A stretch of 64,000 nucleotides of DNA from Methanosarcinales archaeon (GTDB lineage: Archaea; Halobacteriota; UBA148; JAUWXC01). The translations under genes and the position numbers were made by a program. Where the stretch lies: positions 448,433-512,432 of the forward strand of contig CP061209.1 in the NCBI GenBank assembly GCA_026016205.1, in the 5' to 3' direction. The notes beneath the pieces were generated by a model. It was not told the origin of the DNA, searched no databases, and saw nothing but the letters and a program-made list of their open reading frames with translations. The stretch's first letter is position 1. Each line of letters begins with the position of its first letter. Shown piece by piece: positions 18,436-26,543 of the stretch.

Positions 18436-20331
18436 TTATCCACCTTCATCATTAGATGAATTTTTTATTTTATTAAGCAATTCTTGAAAGTTTTCAATTG
18501 TCTCTTCTGAAAATTCAATATCCCCTCTTTGTGTAATTTCTTCAAAAAACTTTTTAGAAACTATTGTTTTACTTAACTCATCACTTAGAAGATTATATTT
18601 ATCAGTGTCTTTTTTTGAGAATAAAGCTTCAATAGAATCAGAGTTATTCTCACCTACAAAGATTATTTTTCCTTCTGGTATACTATCCTTTATTAATTTA
18701 TTATATGTTTTATTAGTCCCTTTTCTATCAAGAACAATTTTATAATCTTCTAACCCCCATCCAATGAGTAGAGAAACAACTGTACTTGCTTTTGTATGAC
18801 CTACACAAGGTATTATAGCAATATCTTCTGGAAATTTATAATGTTTTTTACTCTTTAGGAAATGTAGCATTGTTTGTAGATAGAAATAATCACTTACCCC
18901 TTCAACAACAATATTCTTTTTTTTGGAAAATGCTATTCCTTGTGAAAGATCTAATCCAATAGCAGTTATTATAGGTGTTAATGTGTCCTCATCAGCACCT
19001 TTAGTAAAATTATTCTGTATTATTGTTTCCTTCGTTTTTTCATCCCTAATCAATAGCTTTATCCTAGCTAATCTATCTGGATCTATAAGGTATGGAGAAT
19101 GTGTTGTGAATATTATCTGATTTTCTTTTGATAATTCTTCAAGTAATTCTAAAACATCCTTTTGTGCTTTTGCATGTAAATAAAGTCCAGGTTCATCTAT
19201 CAGTATTAAATTACCTTTTTCTAGACCTTCAGCTTTTAACCTTAAAAAGAAAGCCATATACCATTGAAGCCCCTTACTTCTCTGTTTAGGTGTGTAAGAT
19301 TCCCCCCTAACTTCTTTCTTGTTTTCATCTAAAACAACATCCTGAACAAAAAATGATAGAAGTGGCTCATCATAACTAACAGAAATTTCAATAGGGTCTT
19401 GTTTCCAATACTTACCAAAAACATCACTACATATTTTCGATGCTTTGTTTACTATATTTTTTCTTTTTTGTCGGTCTTGTGTTTTGCTTAGGGCATCTAT
19501 ATTCAATTTCGACAATTTTATAAAATCTTCAACTATTCCATACTTGGTTTTTAATGTATTTTGATTTGTTATGTCGGATATGGGAACTTCTGACGGTAAA
19601 ATATCATTAAAAGAATTAAACAATACCATTCGAGGTATTAAGGAGATTATTTCTCTATTTATTTTAGCAATTGTAGAATCAATATCTGTCTTAAATTTTA
19701 TATCTACTACTTTGTTTCTAAGTTCATCTAATTTTTCCTTATCATTTTGTTCATTAATAAGGGACAAATTCTTGTTTATAGTATCAATTAAAGAATTTAT
19801 TTTATTGATAATCTCTTCATGAGAATCTCCATCAAATAATTTTATTTCTTCTGAAATCTCTGTTTTATTGTATTTCTTGATGATAGCATATATTTTATTT
19901 ATGGTTTTATTCGTTTTTTCAAATATTTTTTTATTTAATTTTTGCAATTCTCTGTTCAAAATATCAATTAATTCGCCAGAAATGGTATAATCAGATTTTT
20001 TGTTTGATTTTATAATATAGTATTCAAATGTCAAATTATAACTTTCTTTTAATTTTATATCTATTTCTAAATTCTTTAGTATATTCTTTATTTCTTTAGT
20101 ATCAATTTCAAAACAAAATTCAATCTCTATAGGCTCTTTTGTCTTTAAATGAAGTGGCGTATCAGTTTCTTCAAATTTAGTGGCTTTATTCAATTTTTCT
20201 AAACCTTCAAGAACATTAGTTTTTCCTGATTCGTTTTTTCCAGCCAAAACAGTAATATTTGGATTAAGGTAACACTCTCCACTATCTTTTATCGATCTAA
20301 AATTTTTTATCCTAAATGATTTTAGTATCAT
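18436..20331 (-). CDS. OLD-family ATP-dependent nuclease (ABC-type ATPase with helical insertion plus a C-terminal TOPRIM-like domain)
   Basis: Walker A GKNESGKT (aa 31-38), signature-like SKGLQ (aa 352-356), Walker B LILIDEP (aa 375-381), H-loop TTHS (aa 409-412), and a TOPRIM-like strand NIVVEGVSDYFYL (Glu at aa 477). SD-like GAGGT lies in the 12-nt gap upstream. Confidence 0.75.
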   Translation of the reverse strand: MILKSFRIKNFRSIKDSGECYLNPNITVLAGKNESGKTNVLEGLEKLNKATKFEETDTPLHLKTKEPIEIEFCFEIDTKEIKNILKNLEIDIKLKESYNLTFEYYIIKSNKKSDYTISGELIDILNRELQKLNKKIFEKTNKTINKIYAIIKKYNKTEISEEIKLFDGDSHEEIINKINSLIDTINKNLSLINEQNDKEKLDELRNKVVDIKFKTDIDSTIAKINREIISLIPRMVLFNSFNDILPSEVPISDITNQNTLKTKYGIVEDFIKLSKLNIDALSKTQDRQKRKNIVNKASKICSDVFGKYWKQDPIEISVSYDEPLLSFFVQDVVLDENKKEVRGESYTPKQRSKGLQWYMAFFLRLKAEGLEKGNLILIDEPGLYLHAKAQKDVLELLEELSKENQIIFTTHSPYLIDPDRLARIKLLIRDEKTKETIIQNNFTKGADEDTLTPIITAIGLDLSQGIAFSKKKNIVVEGVSDYFYLQTMLHFLKSKKHYKFPEDIAIIPCVGHTKASTVVSLLIGWGLEDYKIVLDRKGTNKTYNKLIKDSIPEGKIIFVGENNSDSIEALFSKKDTDKYNLLSDELSKTIVSKKFFEEITQRGDIEFSEETIENFQELLNKIKNSSNDEGG

Positions 20332-20343
20332 TTTGTTACCTCA

Positions 20344-21774
20344 CTAAATTTTTTCCATCATAATGATATATTCATAGGCATACGCTAATCGGTCTGCTTT
20401 ATGGTTTGATGTAAATCTACCGGTTTTTGAGTCTCTGGTTTGTGGTAGTATTTTTGATGGTATTCTCCTTTTAACTATTTTATGTATTTTGAAACCTAGA
20501 TTTAGCATTGTCTCAACAAAAACTTCTGCATTTAAAATAGGTACTTTTTTCAATTCTGTATTTCCAATAACAATACAGGCTTTGCCTTTTAGTTTTAGAA
20601 CTCTATACATTTCTTCAAAGCATTGTTGCATTTCAAAGAAGTAGTCTCTTACTGCTTCAGATTCCCTTTTTGATTTTTTACTCAATTCTTTTATTTCCTG
20701 TTCCGCCAATTCACTTTTTATACCGTCATGAACTGACTCTTTTTTATGAATAGAACCAATAAATCCTTCCCTAAATTCTGTAACATCTTTAGCATATCCC
20801 AACCACAACGCTGTTAACTGATGTAAATCTGCGTACTCATATGATGTAACATATGGTGGAGAAGTTACAATTAAGCTAACAGAATTATCCTCACATGGCA
20901 AATTTATTGCATCTTGCTTTTCAGCTATAAGAAAATCTTTCAAATTCTTTTTTACATGATCTGGCATAATTTCAAACAATTCTTTATTTCCTTTTAACAT
21001 CCGTTTTATATGCCTCTTGAATGTAGATAATGGATCAATTGGTTGTTTCTTTAAATCTCTTGTTGGTTTTACACTTTTCATTAACCAAATTGAAGAATTT
21101 TTGAGTATCTGTGAAAATGCACAGAGACAAAAGTTTTTAATATCGTCATCTCTAATTTGATTTATCCTTCCCAAAATAATTCCTAACTCATATCTAATAT
21201 TTTCATGCGGAAACCAATAGTTAATTCGTTTGTTATCTGGAATTACGGGTTCTATTTCTATATTTGATGATGTTTTTTGTTCGTTCTTTTTCGTTTCAAT
21301 AAATAAAGTTAGATCGCCTAATAGTTGTTTTACTTCATTTTCTAATTTTGTTGGTTCTATCGGTGTAGTCTTCACTTTTGTTATTAACCATGCAACAGGA
21401 TTTATGTCAACCCCAACTGCTTTTCTTCCTGAAACTAGAGATTCTACCAAAGTAGTCCCACAGCCCATAAACGGATCACAAACAATTTCATCTATGGTAG
21501 TATATTTTTCTATACATCTCCTTGCTAACTGAGGAATAAATTTAGCAGGATACCTATGGTAGCCGTGTGTTGCATAAGAAGTGTCTTTTCTTGACAAATC
21601 CTCAAATGCCCAAACAGTATCTTCAGCTAAATTATTAAATATTTGTAAAATTTCAACTTGTAGATTTGTTTTAATAGGTTCTATCATACTCCTTTTCTTC
21701 ATATTTACTAACGGTGAATTGTTTTTCTTTACTAGTTCCTCAAACAATAATGGCATATTAACTTCTTCCCCCAC
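20344..21774 (-). CDS. DNA methyltransferase, alpha-type order (motif I - long variable region - motif IV TSPPY)
   Basis: GYHRYPAKFIPQL, DPFMGCGTT, then a ~200-aa insert, then VTSPPYVTSYEY. The ORF-track start is GTG at 21774; an alternative ATG lies at 21756. Confidence 0.8.
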   Translation of the reverse strand: MGEEVNMPLLFEELVKKNNSPLVNMKKRSMIEPIKTNLQVEILQIFNNLAEDTVWAFEDLSRKDTSYATHGYHRYPAKFIPQLARRCIEKYTTIDEIVCDPFMGCGTTLVESLVSGRKAVGVDINPVAWLITKVKTTPIEPTKLENEVKQLLGDLTLFIETKKNEQKTSSNIEIEPVIPDNKRINYWFPHENIRYELGIILGRINQIRDDDIKNFCLCAFSQILKNSSIWLMKSVKPTRDLKKQPIDPLSTFKRHIKRMLKGNKELFEIMPDHVKKNLKDFLIAEKQDAINLPCEDNSVSLIVTSPPYVTSYEYADLHQLTALWLGYAKDVTEFREGFIGSIHKKESVHDGIKSELAEQEIKELSKKSKRESEAVRDYFFEMQQCFEEMYRVLKLKGKACIVIGNTELKKVPILNAEVFVETMLNLGFKIHKIVKRRIPSKILPQTRDSKTGRFTSNHKADRLAYAYEYIIMMEKI

Positions 21775-21803
21775 CTTTATTATTCTTCTTTATACCCTCT
21801 AAT

Positions 21804-23096
21804 CTATATCTTTAACCCAAACTCTCCCAACCGCTCTCTCGCGCCCTCTCGCGCATCCTGGTGCTCCTTCAGGAATTTGGCCATTAACTCTGCGGCGAGT
21901 ACTTTGCACTTTCCGCAGGTGCGCTTGCCTCCCTTGCATTCGCTGTATATTTCTGTGACTTGCTTATCGTCTTCGAGCAGGTGGAACAGTAGTAACTCGT
22001 AGACCGTGCAGTTCTGGGGCTCTCCGCCGGAGCGGCGCTGCTCTGTCATGGTGACTTTGCCCCCTGTCTTCGCCTTCTTCACCTTCGCAGCCGCGGTTTC
22101 AGGCGATTCCGTGAGCGCGACAATGCTGTCCGGAATCGTGCTGGACATCTTGCCACCACTCAATCCGCTCATGAAGCGATGATATGTTGATGCAGGAGGG
22201 TAAAAGCCATAGCCACCATGCTCGATTTCGACCTCACGCACAATCGATGCGATTTTATCAATGTCTCCATTTTCATAAACGTCCACATGTTCAGCATATG
22301 CCTTGACCTTGCCATCCACTCTCCCGGCAATCTCGTGCATGGCTGCCTTGTTCGCGGTCTTGGCTCTTATGCTGATGTGCCCCTTGCGCGCTTCCACCTT
22401 GAACATCCTCATCCTGTTCGCAATGTCCCTTGTAATGCGGATGTGCGGGTCCTGGTCTGCCCCAACGGGAATCACAACGGGCTTGGGTCCGCCAAACTCT
22501 GTCAGTTGAGGGTGCAGAATGTCCGCGCTCTGAACCAGCGTGCTCAATATATGTGATATATGGGTTTCACCAGAAAAACCATAGATGGCACTTAATTCGG
22601 ACAGATTTGCTTCGACTCCGAGCTCAAATGCCAGGTCTTTTACAACAGGGCACTTCGATTGAAAATAGATGCGACCATCTGGCTGGAAGCCGAGCGCAAT
22701 CAAGCTGAGTATGTAATCTTTGCCAATCTCGGCGCAGTCCTTCCAGGATATCTTCCGCACTGAGTGCGCCTCCATGTCTGCAACGGCAAAGAACGTCTGC
22801 GCACCCATCTGCTGGTGCCATATGATTTCGTCCATCACCATTTTATGGCCGAGGTGGACGCGGCCAGATGGCATGAACCCGCTCATGACAGCAAATGGCA
22901 TCTTGTTCTTCATCGCATTCAATATCTGGTGATAATCCCTGTGGCCAAAGATGATGTGTCGCCTCATGTACTTGTGTGGGTTAGGCACATCAGGCAGAAT
23001 ATCCTCAAAGGGCGAGATACCAAATTCATCAAATAATTTCGAATAATCTTTAATGTTCACTGTGCCCCATGGGTCAAGTTTCGTCTTGCGCTTCAT
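21804..23096 (-). CDS. trpS: Tryptophanyl-tRNA synthetase (archaeal type)
   Basis: Class I HIGH-like GRVHLGH and KMSKS-like GKMSST. TyrRS is encoded separately in this window. The C-terminal region contains a Cys4 cluster. Confidence 0.85.
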   Translation of the reverse strand: MKRKTKLDPWGTVNIKDYSKLFDEFGISPFEDILPDVPNPHKYMRRHIIFGHRDYHQILNAMKNKMPFAVMSGFMPSGRVHLGHKMVMDEIIWHQQMGAQTFFAVADMEAHSVRKISWKDCAEIGKDYILSLIALGFQPDGRIYFQSKCPVVKDLAFELGVEANLSELSAIYGFSGETHISHILSTLVQSADILHPQLTEFGGPKPVVIPVGADQDPHIRITRDIANRMRMFKVEARKGHISIRAKTANKAAMHEIAGRVDGKVKAYAEHVDVYENGDIDKIASIVREVEIEHGGYGFYPPASTYHRFMSGLSGGKMSSTIPDSIVALTESPETAAAKVKKAKTGGKVTMTEQRRSGGEPQNCTVYELLLFHLLEDDKQVTEIYSECKGGKRTCGKCKVLAAELMAKFLKEHQDAREGARERLGEFGLKI

Positions 23097-24139
23097 AGCT
23101 TGGTCCGTCCTATGTCGATGTACCCTACATTTTTACCTGTTACATATCCAAATATCATTCGCTTCCTGACACTCTGTGCTAGCCTTATTGCCCTAGATAG
23201 CTCTGGTAGTAGAAACACATGGTCTTTTGAGATGGCGTGCACCAGGTATTTCGAGTGTATCAATCTATCAAGAGATTCCACTTTCTCATAGGCGCGAAAA
23301 TGACTGCCGAATTTGAAACCCGTCTTAGCAACCATCCCATTCTCTCTTAGATTTTCATAGACTCTGAGCTTGTGCCCAAAATCTGCCTCGATTTTAGATG
23401 CCCTTTTTGTGAACGTCTTAAGATCGATGACCTTACTAGTGGCATCAGTAACCTTAAGAACCTTCTTTTTCATCAAGTACGCGGACTCAACAAGAGAGAG
23501 CTGCAATCGCTCTTCATCCAGCGGCTTTCCAAAAAAGCCTTTTTGGTGTAACACCTTGACTAAAGCCGAATCCCATACGATGACCCTGTCCTCCAACAAC
23601 GTGCCATCTCCCTTGCCACCTGTGAATTTCGTCTCGCCCTTCATGCTCGTCTTTTTGACATCATAAAACGTTATGTCACTCTCTTCATCCACGACGGCTA
23701 GGATGATGTGCTTTCGCATATTTTCTGCAATCTCTAGATAGTGTAGTATGTTTGCCAATGGAAGGGGCTCTCGCTCAGATATCGCGCGCACGAAATACAT
23801 AGCGCGTGTTTTTCCTGGCTTCCCTCCTCTCGGATACAGTCTAAAATCAGTTACACTTGGCTGTACATAGTATCCTCTTCCTCGCATGTCCTTGTAGACG
23901 ATGTACTTCAATTCGAAGTTCTTCATTAAAGTGGATGCAATCACAAAAAACTCCTTGAAGTCCAGAGGTTCTTCGTCATGGACGATGGAAATTTTCCCCT
24001 CTTTAAGCAGGTAAGCAGCTTCTACCAGGGATAACTCGAGCTTTCCCTCCTTGGGGCGTCCATAGTAACTGGTGCTGTATAATTTGGTGATGGCATCTTC
24101 GCCAAGTACGACCCTGTCTCCGATTAATTCGCCGTGCAT
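23093..24139 (-). CDS. endA: tRNA-splicing endonuclease, two-repeat (homodimeric alpha2-type) form
   Basis: There are two tandem EndA-like halves ([19 protein letters not shown] versus [19 protein letters not shown]). The catalytic-type Y/H/K region (FRAYEK...HSKYLVHAI) occurs only in the C-terminal half. The start was set at the ATG at 24139. Confidence 0.8.
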   Translation of the reverse strand: MHGELIGDRVVLGEDAITKLYSTSYYGRPKEGKLELSLVEAAYLLKEGKISIVHDEEPLDFKEFFVIASTLMKNFELKYIVYKDMRGRGYYVQPSVTDFRLYPRGGKPGKTRAMYFVRAISEREPLPLANILHYLEIAENMRKHIILAVVDEESDITFYDVKKTSMKGETKFTGGKGDGTLLEDRVIVWDSALVKVLHQKGFFGKPLDEERLQLSLVESAYLMKKKVLKVTDATSKVIDLKTFTKRASKIEADFGHKLRVYENLRENGMVAKTGFKFGSHFRAYEKVESLDRLIHSKYLVHAISKDHVFLLPELSRAIRLAQSVRKRMIFGYVTGKNVGYIDIGRTKL

Positions 24140-24196
24140 AGTATTACACCCAATCAACGTTTTGATAAGTCTTATATCTTCTTAGGATTAGTGAGT

Positions 24197-25315
24197 ATGG
24201 CAAACGGTGGTCAAATGAACGCGATAAAAATTGCAATCGCCGGTGTCGGTAACTGTGCATCCTCCCTGATACAGGGCCTTTTTTATTACAAGGACGTCGA
24301 TACAAATAATGCATTGATCCCAGGCCTGATGCACAACGTTCTGGGTGGATACAAGATCTCCAACATTAAACCAGTAGCAGCTTTTGATGTTGATAAAAGA
24401 AAGGTCGGAAAAGATTTATCAGAGGCGATTTTCGCAAAGCCCAACTGCACCAAGATATTTTGCAATGACGTTCCCAACATGGGCGTAGAGGTCAAGATGG
24501 GGCCTGTACTGGATGGAGTTGCAGACCACATGCGGGATTATCCCGAAGATAGAACATTCGTTATCGCAGATGAGAGGCCGGTGGACGTTGCAGATGAATT
24601 GAAAAAGAGCGGAGCTGAAATATTGATAAACTATCTGCCAGTCGGAGGCGAGGAGGCAGTTGAACATTATGCCAGAGCTTGCTTGGATGCAGGTGTTGCC
24701 TTCATTAATTGCATGCCAGTTTTCATCGTTTCAAACCAGGAGTGGGCAAAAAAGTTTGAGAAAAAAGGGCTGCCGATAATTGGAGATGACATAAAGTCAC
24801 AAGTTGGCGCAACCATAGTTCACAGAACCATGGCGAAATTATTCTCGGACAGAGGGGTAAAAATCGATAGGACGTATCAACTGAACACTGGCGGGAACAC
24901 AGATTTCCTAAATATGCTGGAGAGATCGAGGTTGGTTAGCAAAAAGATTAGCAAAACAGAATCCGTGCAATCCCAAATGCCAGTCCCTATGGACCACGAT
25001 GATATCCACATAGGTCCAAGCGATTATGTGCCATGGCTGTTGGATAATAAGGTAGCATTCATACGAATTGAGGGCAGGAAGTTTGGAGACGCACCTGTCA
25101 ATCTTGAGATGAGGCTGAGCGTCGAGGATTCTCCCAATTCTGCTGGCTGTGCGATAGACGCCATCAGGTGCTGTAAATTGGCGCTGGATAGGACAATCAG
25201 TGGACCATTGATTTCCATCTCCGCATACACCATGAAAAGACCGCCACAGCAGTTTCCGGATGCTGTAGCACGTCAGATGGTAGAAGAGTTCATCAAAGGA
25301 GAACGAGTCAGGTGA
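24197..25315 (+). CDS. myo-Inositol-1-phosphate synthase
   Basis: Rossmann motif IAIAGVGNCASSLIQG and NTGGNTDF-type motifs. The start was set at the ATG at 24197 because the ORF-track start overlaps endA. Confidence 0.85.
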   Translation: MANGGQMNAIKIAIAGVGNCASSLIQGLFYYKDVDTNNALIPGLMHNVLGGYKISNIKPVAAFDVDKRKVGKDLSEAIFAKPNCTKIFCNDVPNMGVEVKMGPVLDGVADHMRDYPEDRTFVIADERPVDVADELKKSGAEILINYLPVGGEEAVEHYARACLDAGVAFINCMPVFIVSNQEWAKKFEKKGLPIIGDDIKSQVGATIVHRTMAKLFSDRGVKIDRTYQLNTGGNTDFLNMLERSRLVSKKISKTESVQSQMPVPMDHDDIHIGPSDYVPWLLDNKVAFIRIEGRKFGDAPVNLEMRLSVEDSPNSAGCAIDAIRCCKLALDRTISGPLISISAYTMKRPPQQFPDAVARQMVEEFIKGERVR

Positions 25316-25917
25316 CCCTCTACAAAAATAAGGAAAAATTCGAGAGAATTTCCATCAAGGTGGGAATAATATTCAGCAGGCTAGGGTTATCTCCCAACCA
25401 GTGGACTCTTTCCAGTTTAATACCGGCTCTCATCGCTTTTTATCTTCTAACGTCCAGCCGATTTATTCCTGCCGGGATTTTCTTTTTCATCTCCGCGTTC
25501 ATTGACCTCGTTGATGGCTCGGTCGCAAGGGTTACCGGGCGCGTGACAAAACTTGGCGCCTATTTAGATACTATAATAGACCGGTATGTGGAATTTCTGA
25601 TAATCTTTGCCCTGCTGTTCTGCCCCCTTCCCGATTTCACAATTCCAATCTACTGCTGGATCCTCGTCTTCTTATTCGGCTCAATGATGACGTCGTATGC
25701 AAAGGCGGCGGCATGTGATAAACTCGGAAAAGATGTAAGAGGGGGCATCGTGGAGAGGGCAGAGAGAATTGCGCTACTATGCATTGGCATTTTGCTGGCT
25801 CACTTCGACAGAGTTTACTTGACCTATATAATAGTAATTTTGGCTGTCCTAACTAACATCAGCGCTCTACAAAGGCTTGCTGCTGCAATCAGGAAGAACG
25901 GATCTGCTGGGATTTGA
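25312..25917 (+). CDS. CDP-alcohol phosphatidyltransferase (likely archaetidylinositol-phosphate synthase)
   Basis: DLVDGSVARVTGRVTKLGAYLDTIIDR matches DGx2ARx8Gx3Dx3D. It has a 4-nt overlap with the MIPS gene. Confidence 0.75.
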   Translation: MTLYKNKEKFERISIKVGIIFSRLGLSPNQWTLSSLIPALIAFYLLTSSRFIPAGIFFFISAFIDLVDGSVARVTGRVTKLGAYLDTIIDRYVEFLIIFALLFCPLPDFTIPIYCWILVFLFGSMMTSYAKAAACDKLGKDVRGGIVERAERIALLCIGILLAHFDRVYLTYIIVILAVLTNISALQRLAAAIRKNGSAGI

Positions 25918-25971
25918 ACCCAGGTCATCGGGTTCGAAGCCCGAAAGGATAGTCCACTACCCCACAGACCC
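25899..25971 (-). tRNA. tRNA-Arg (anticodon UCG)
   Basis: Hand-folded cloverleaf: acceptor GGGTCTG/CAGATCC, anticodon stem TCGGG/CCCGA with loop CTTCGAA, and T arm CTGGG-TTCAAAT-CCCAG. Length 73 nt, no encoded CCA. Confidence 0.85.
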
Positions 25972-26031
25972 GATACATATTCAAGCGCTGCTCTATTATA
26001 GTTTGCGTGAAAGTAAGCAACTGGGATTACC

Positions 26032-26448
26032 ATGATTCTGTCAAGCAAAGAGATAAAAAGAAGAATTGAAAACGATCTGGTCATTGAGCCATTTGGCGAA
26101 GAATCGCTTCAGCCCGCCTCGTATGACCTTAGGGCAGGAGTTGACGTTACGATACTGCCGAAGACACTCAAGTTGATGTCATCGCTCGAGTATGTGGAGC
26201 TACCTCATGATGTTGCAGGAGTTCTCCGCACCAGGTCGTCATATGCTCGAAAAGGTCTCGTTTTAGGTGGCGGCTTTATTGACCCAGGATTCAGGGGAAA
26301 TCTAACACTCTGCCTGAGCAATATGAGCGAAAAAGAAATAGAATTGAAGAAGGGCGAAAGAATAGTCCAGATGCTCCTGCTTCAGGTAAAGGCGCCGAGC
26401 GAAGCATATAATGGACAATACCAGGATTCTAGAGGAGCCGTAAGATAA
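26032..26448 (+). CDS. dcd: dCTP deaminase / dUTPase-family protein (short form)
   Basis: MILSSKEIKRRIE...LQPASYDLR N-terminus and a GFIDPGFRG motif. Confidence 0.8.
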   Translation: MILSSKEIKRRIENDLVIEPFGEESLQPASYDLRAGVDVTILPKTLKLMSSLEYVELPHDVAGVLRTRSSYARKGLVLGGGFIDPGFRGNLTLCLSNMSEKEIELKKGERIVQMLLLQVKAPSEAYNGQYQDSRGAVR

Positions 26449-26543
26449 ATCATGGCATTCTCCGGAAGAAAAAGGGCAAGTATTAAGATAACAAATGAAA
26501 ATAGCATCAGGGTCAACATTAGTTATTTTGTGGGGTAGAAAAT

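Larger units (their letters stand above)
17060..21803 (-). other. A+T-rich horizontally acquired island carrying a four-gene MTase / OLD-nuclease / PD-(D/E)xK / MTase operon
   Basis: There is an abrupt compositional change. My hand count of line 19801-19860 gives 15/60 G+C, against 35/60 for line 22321-22380 in trpS. All four genes are co-oriented with spacings of 12 nt, 2 nt and -17 nt. Confidence 0.8.

Noticed and set aside
17060-21803. The island as an integrated mobile element, provirus or transposon.
   Set aside because: No integrase, transposase, terminal inverted repeats or structural or viral genes are visible. Only the defence-type operon is present, so I call it an island of unknown mobilisation rather than a mobile element.
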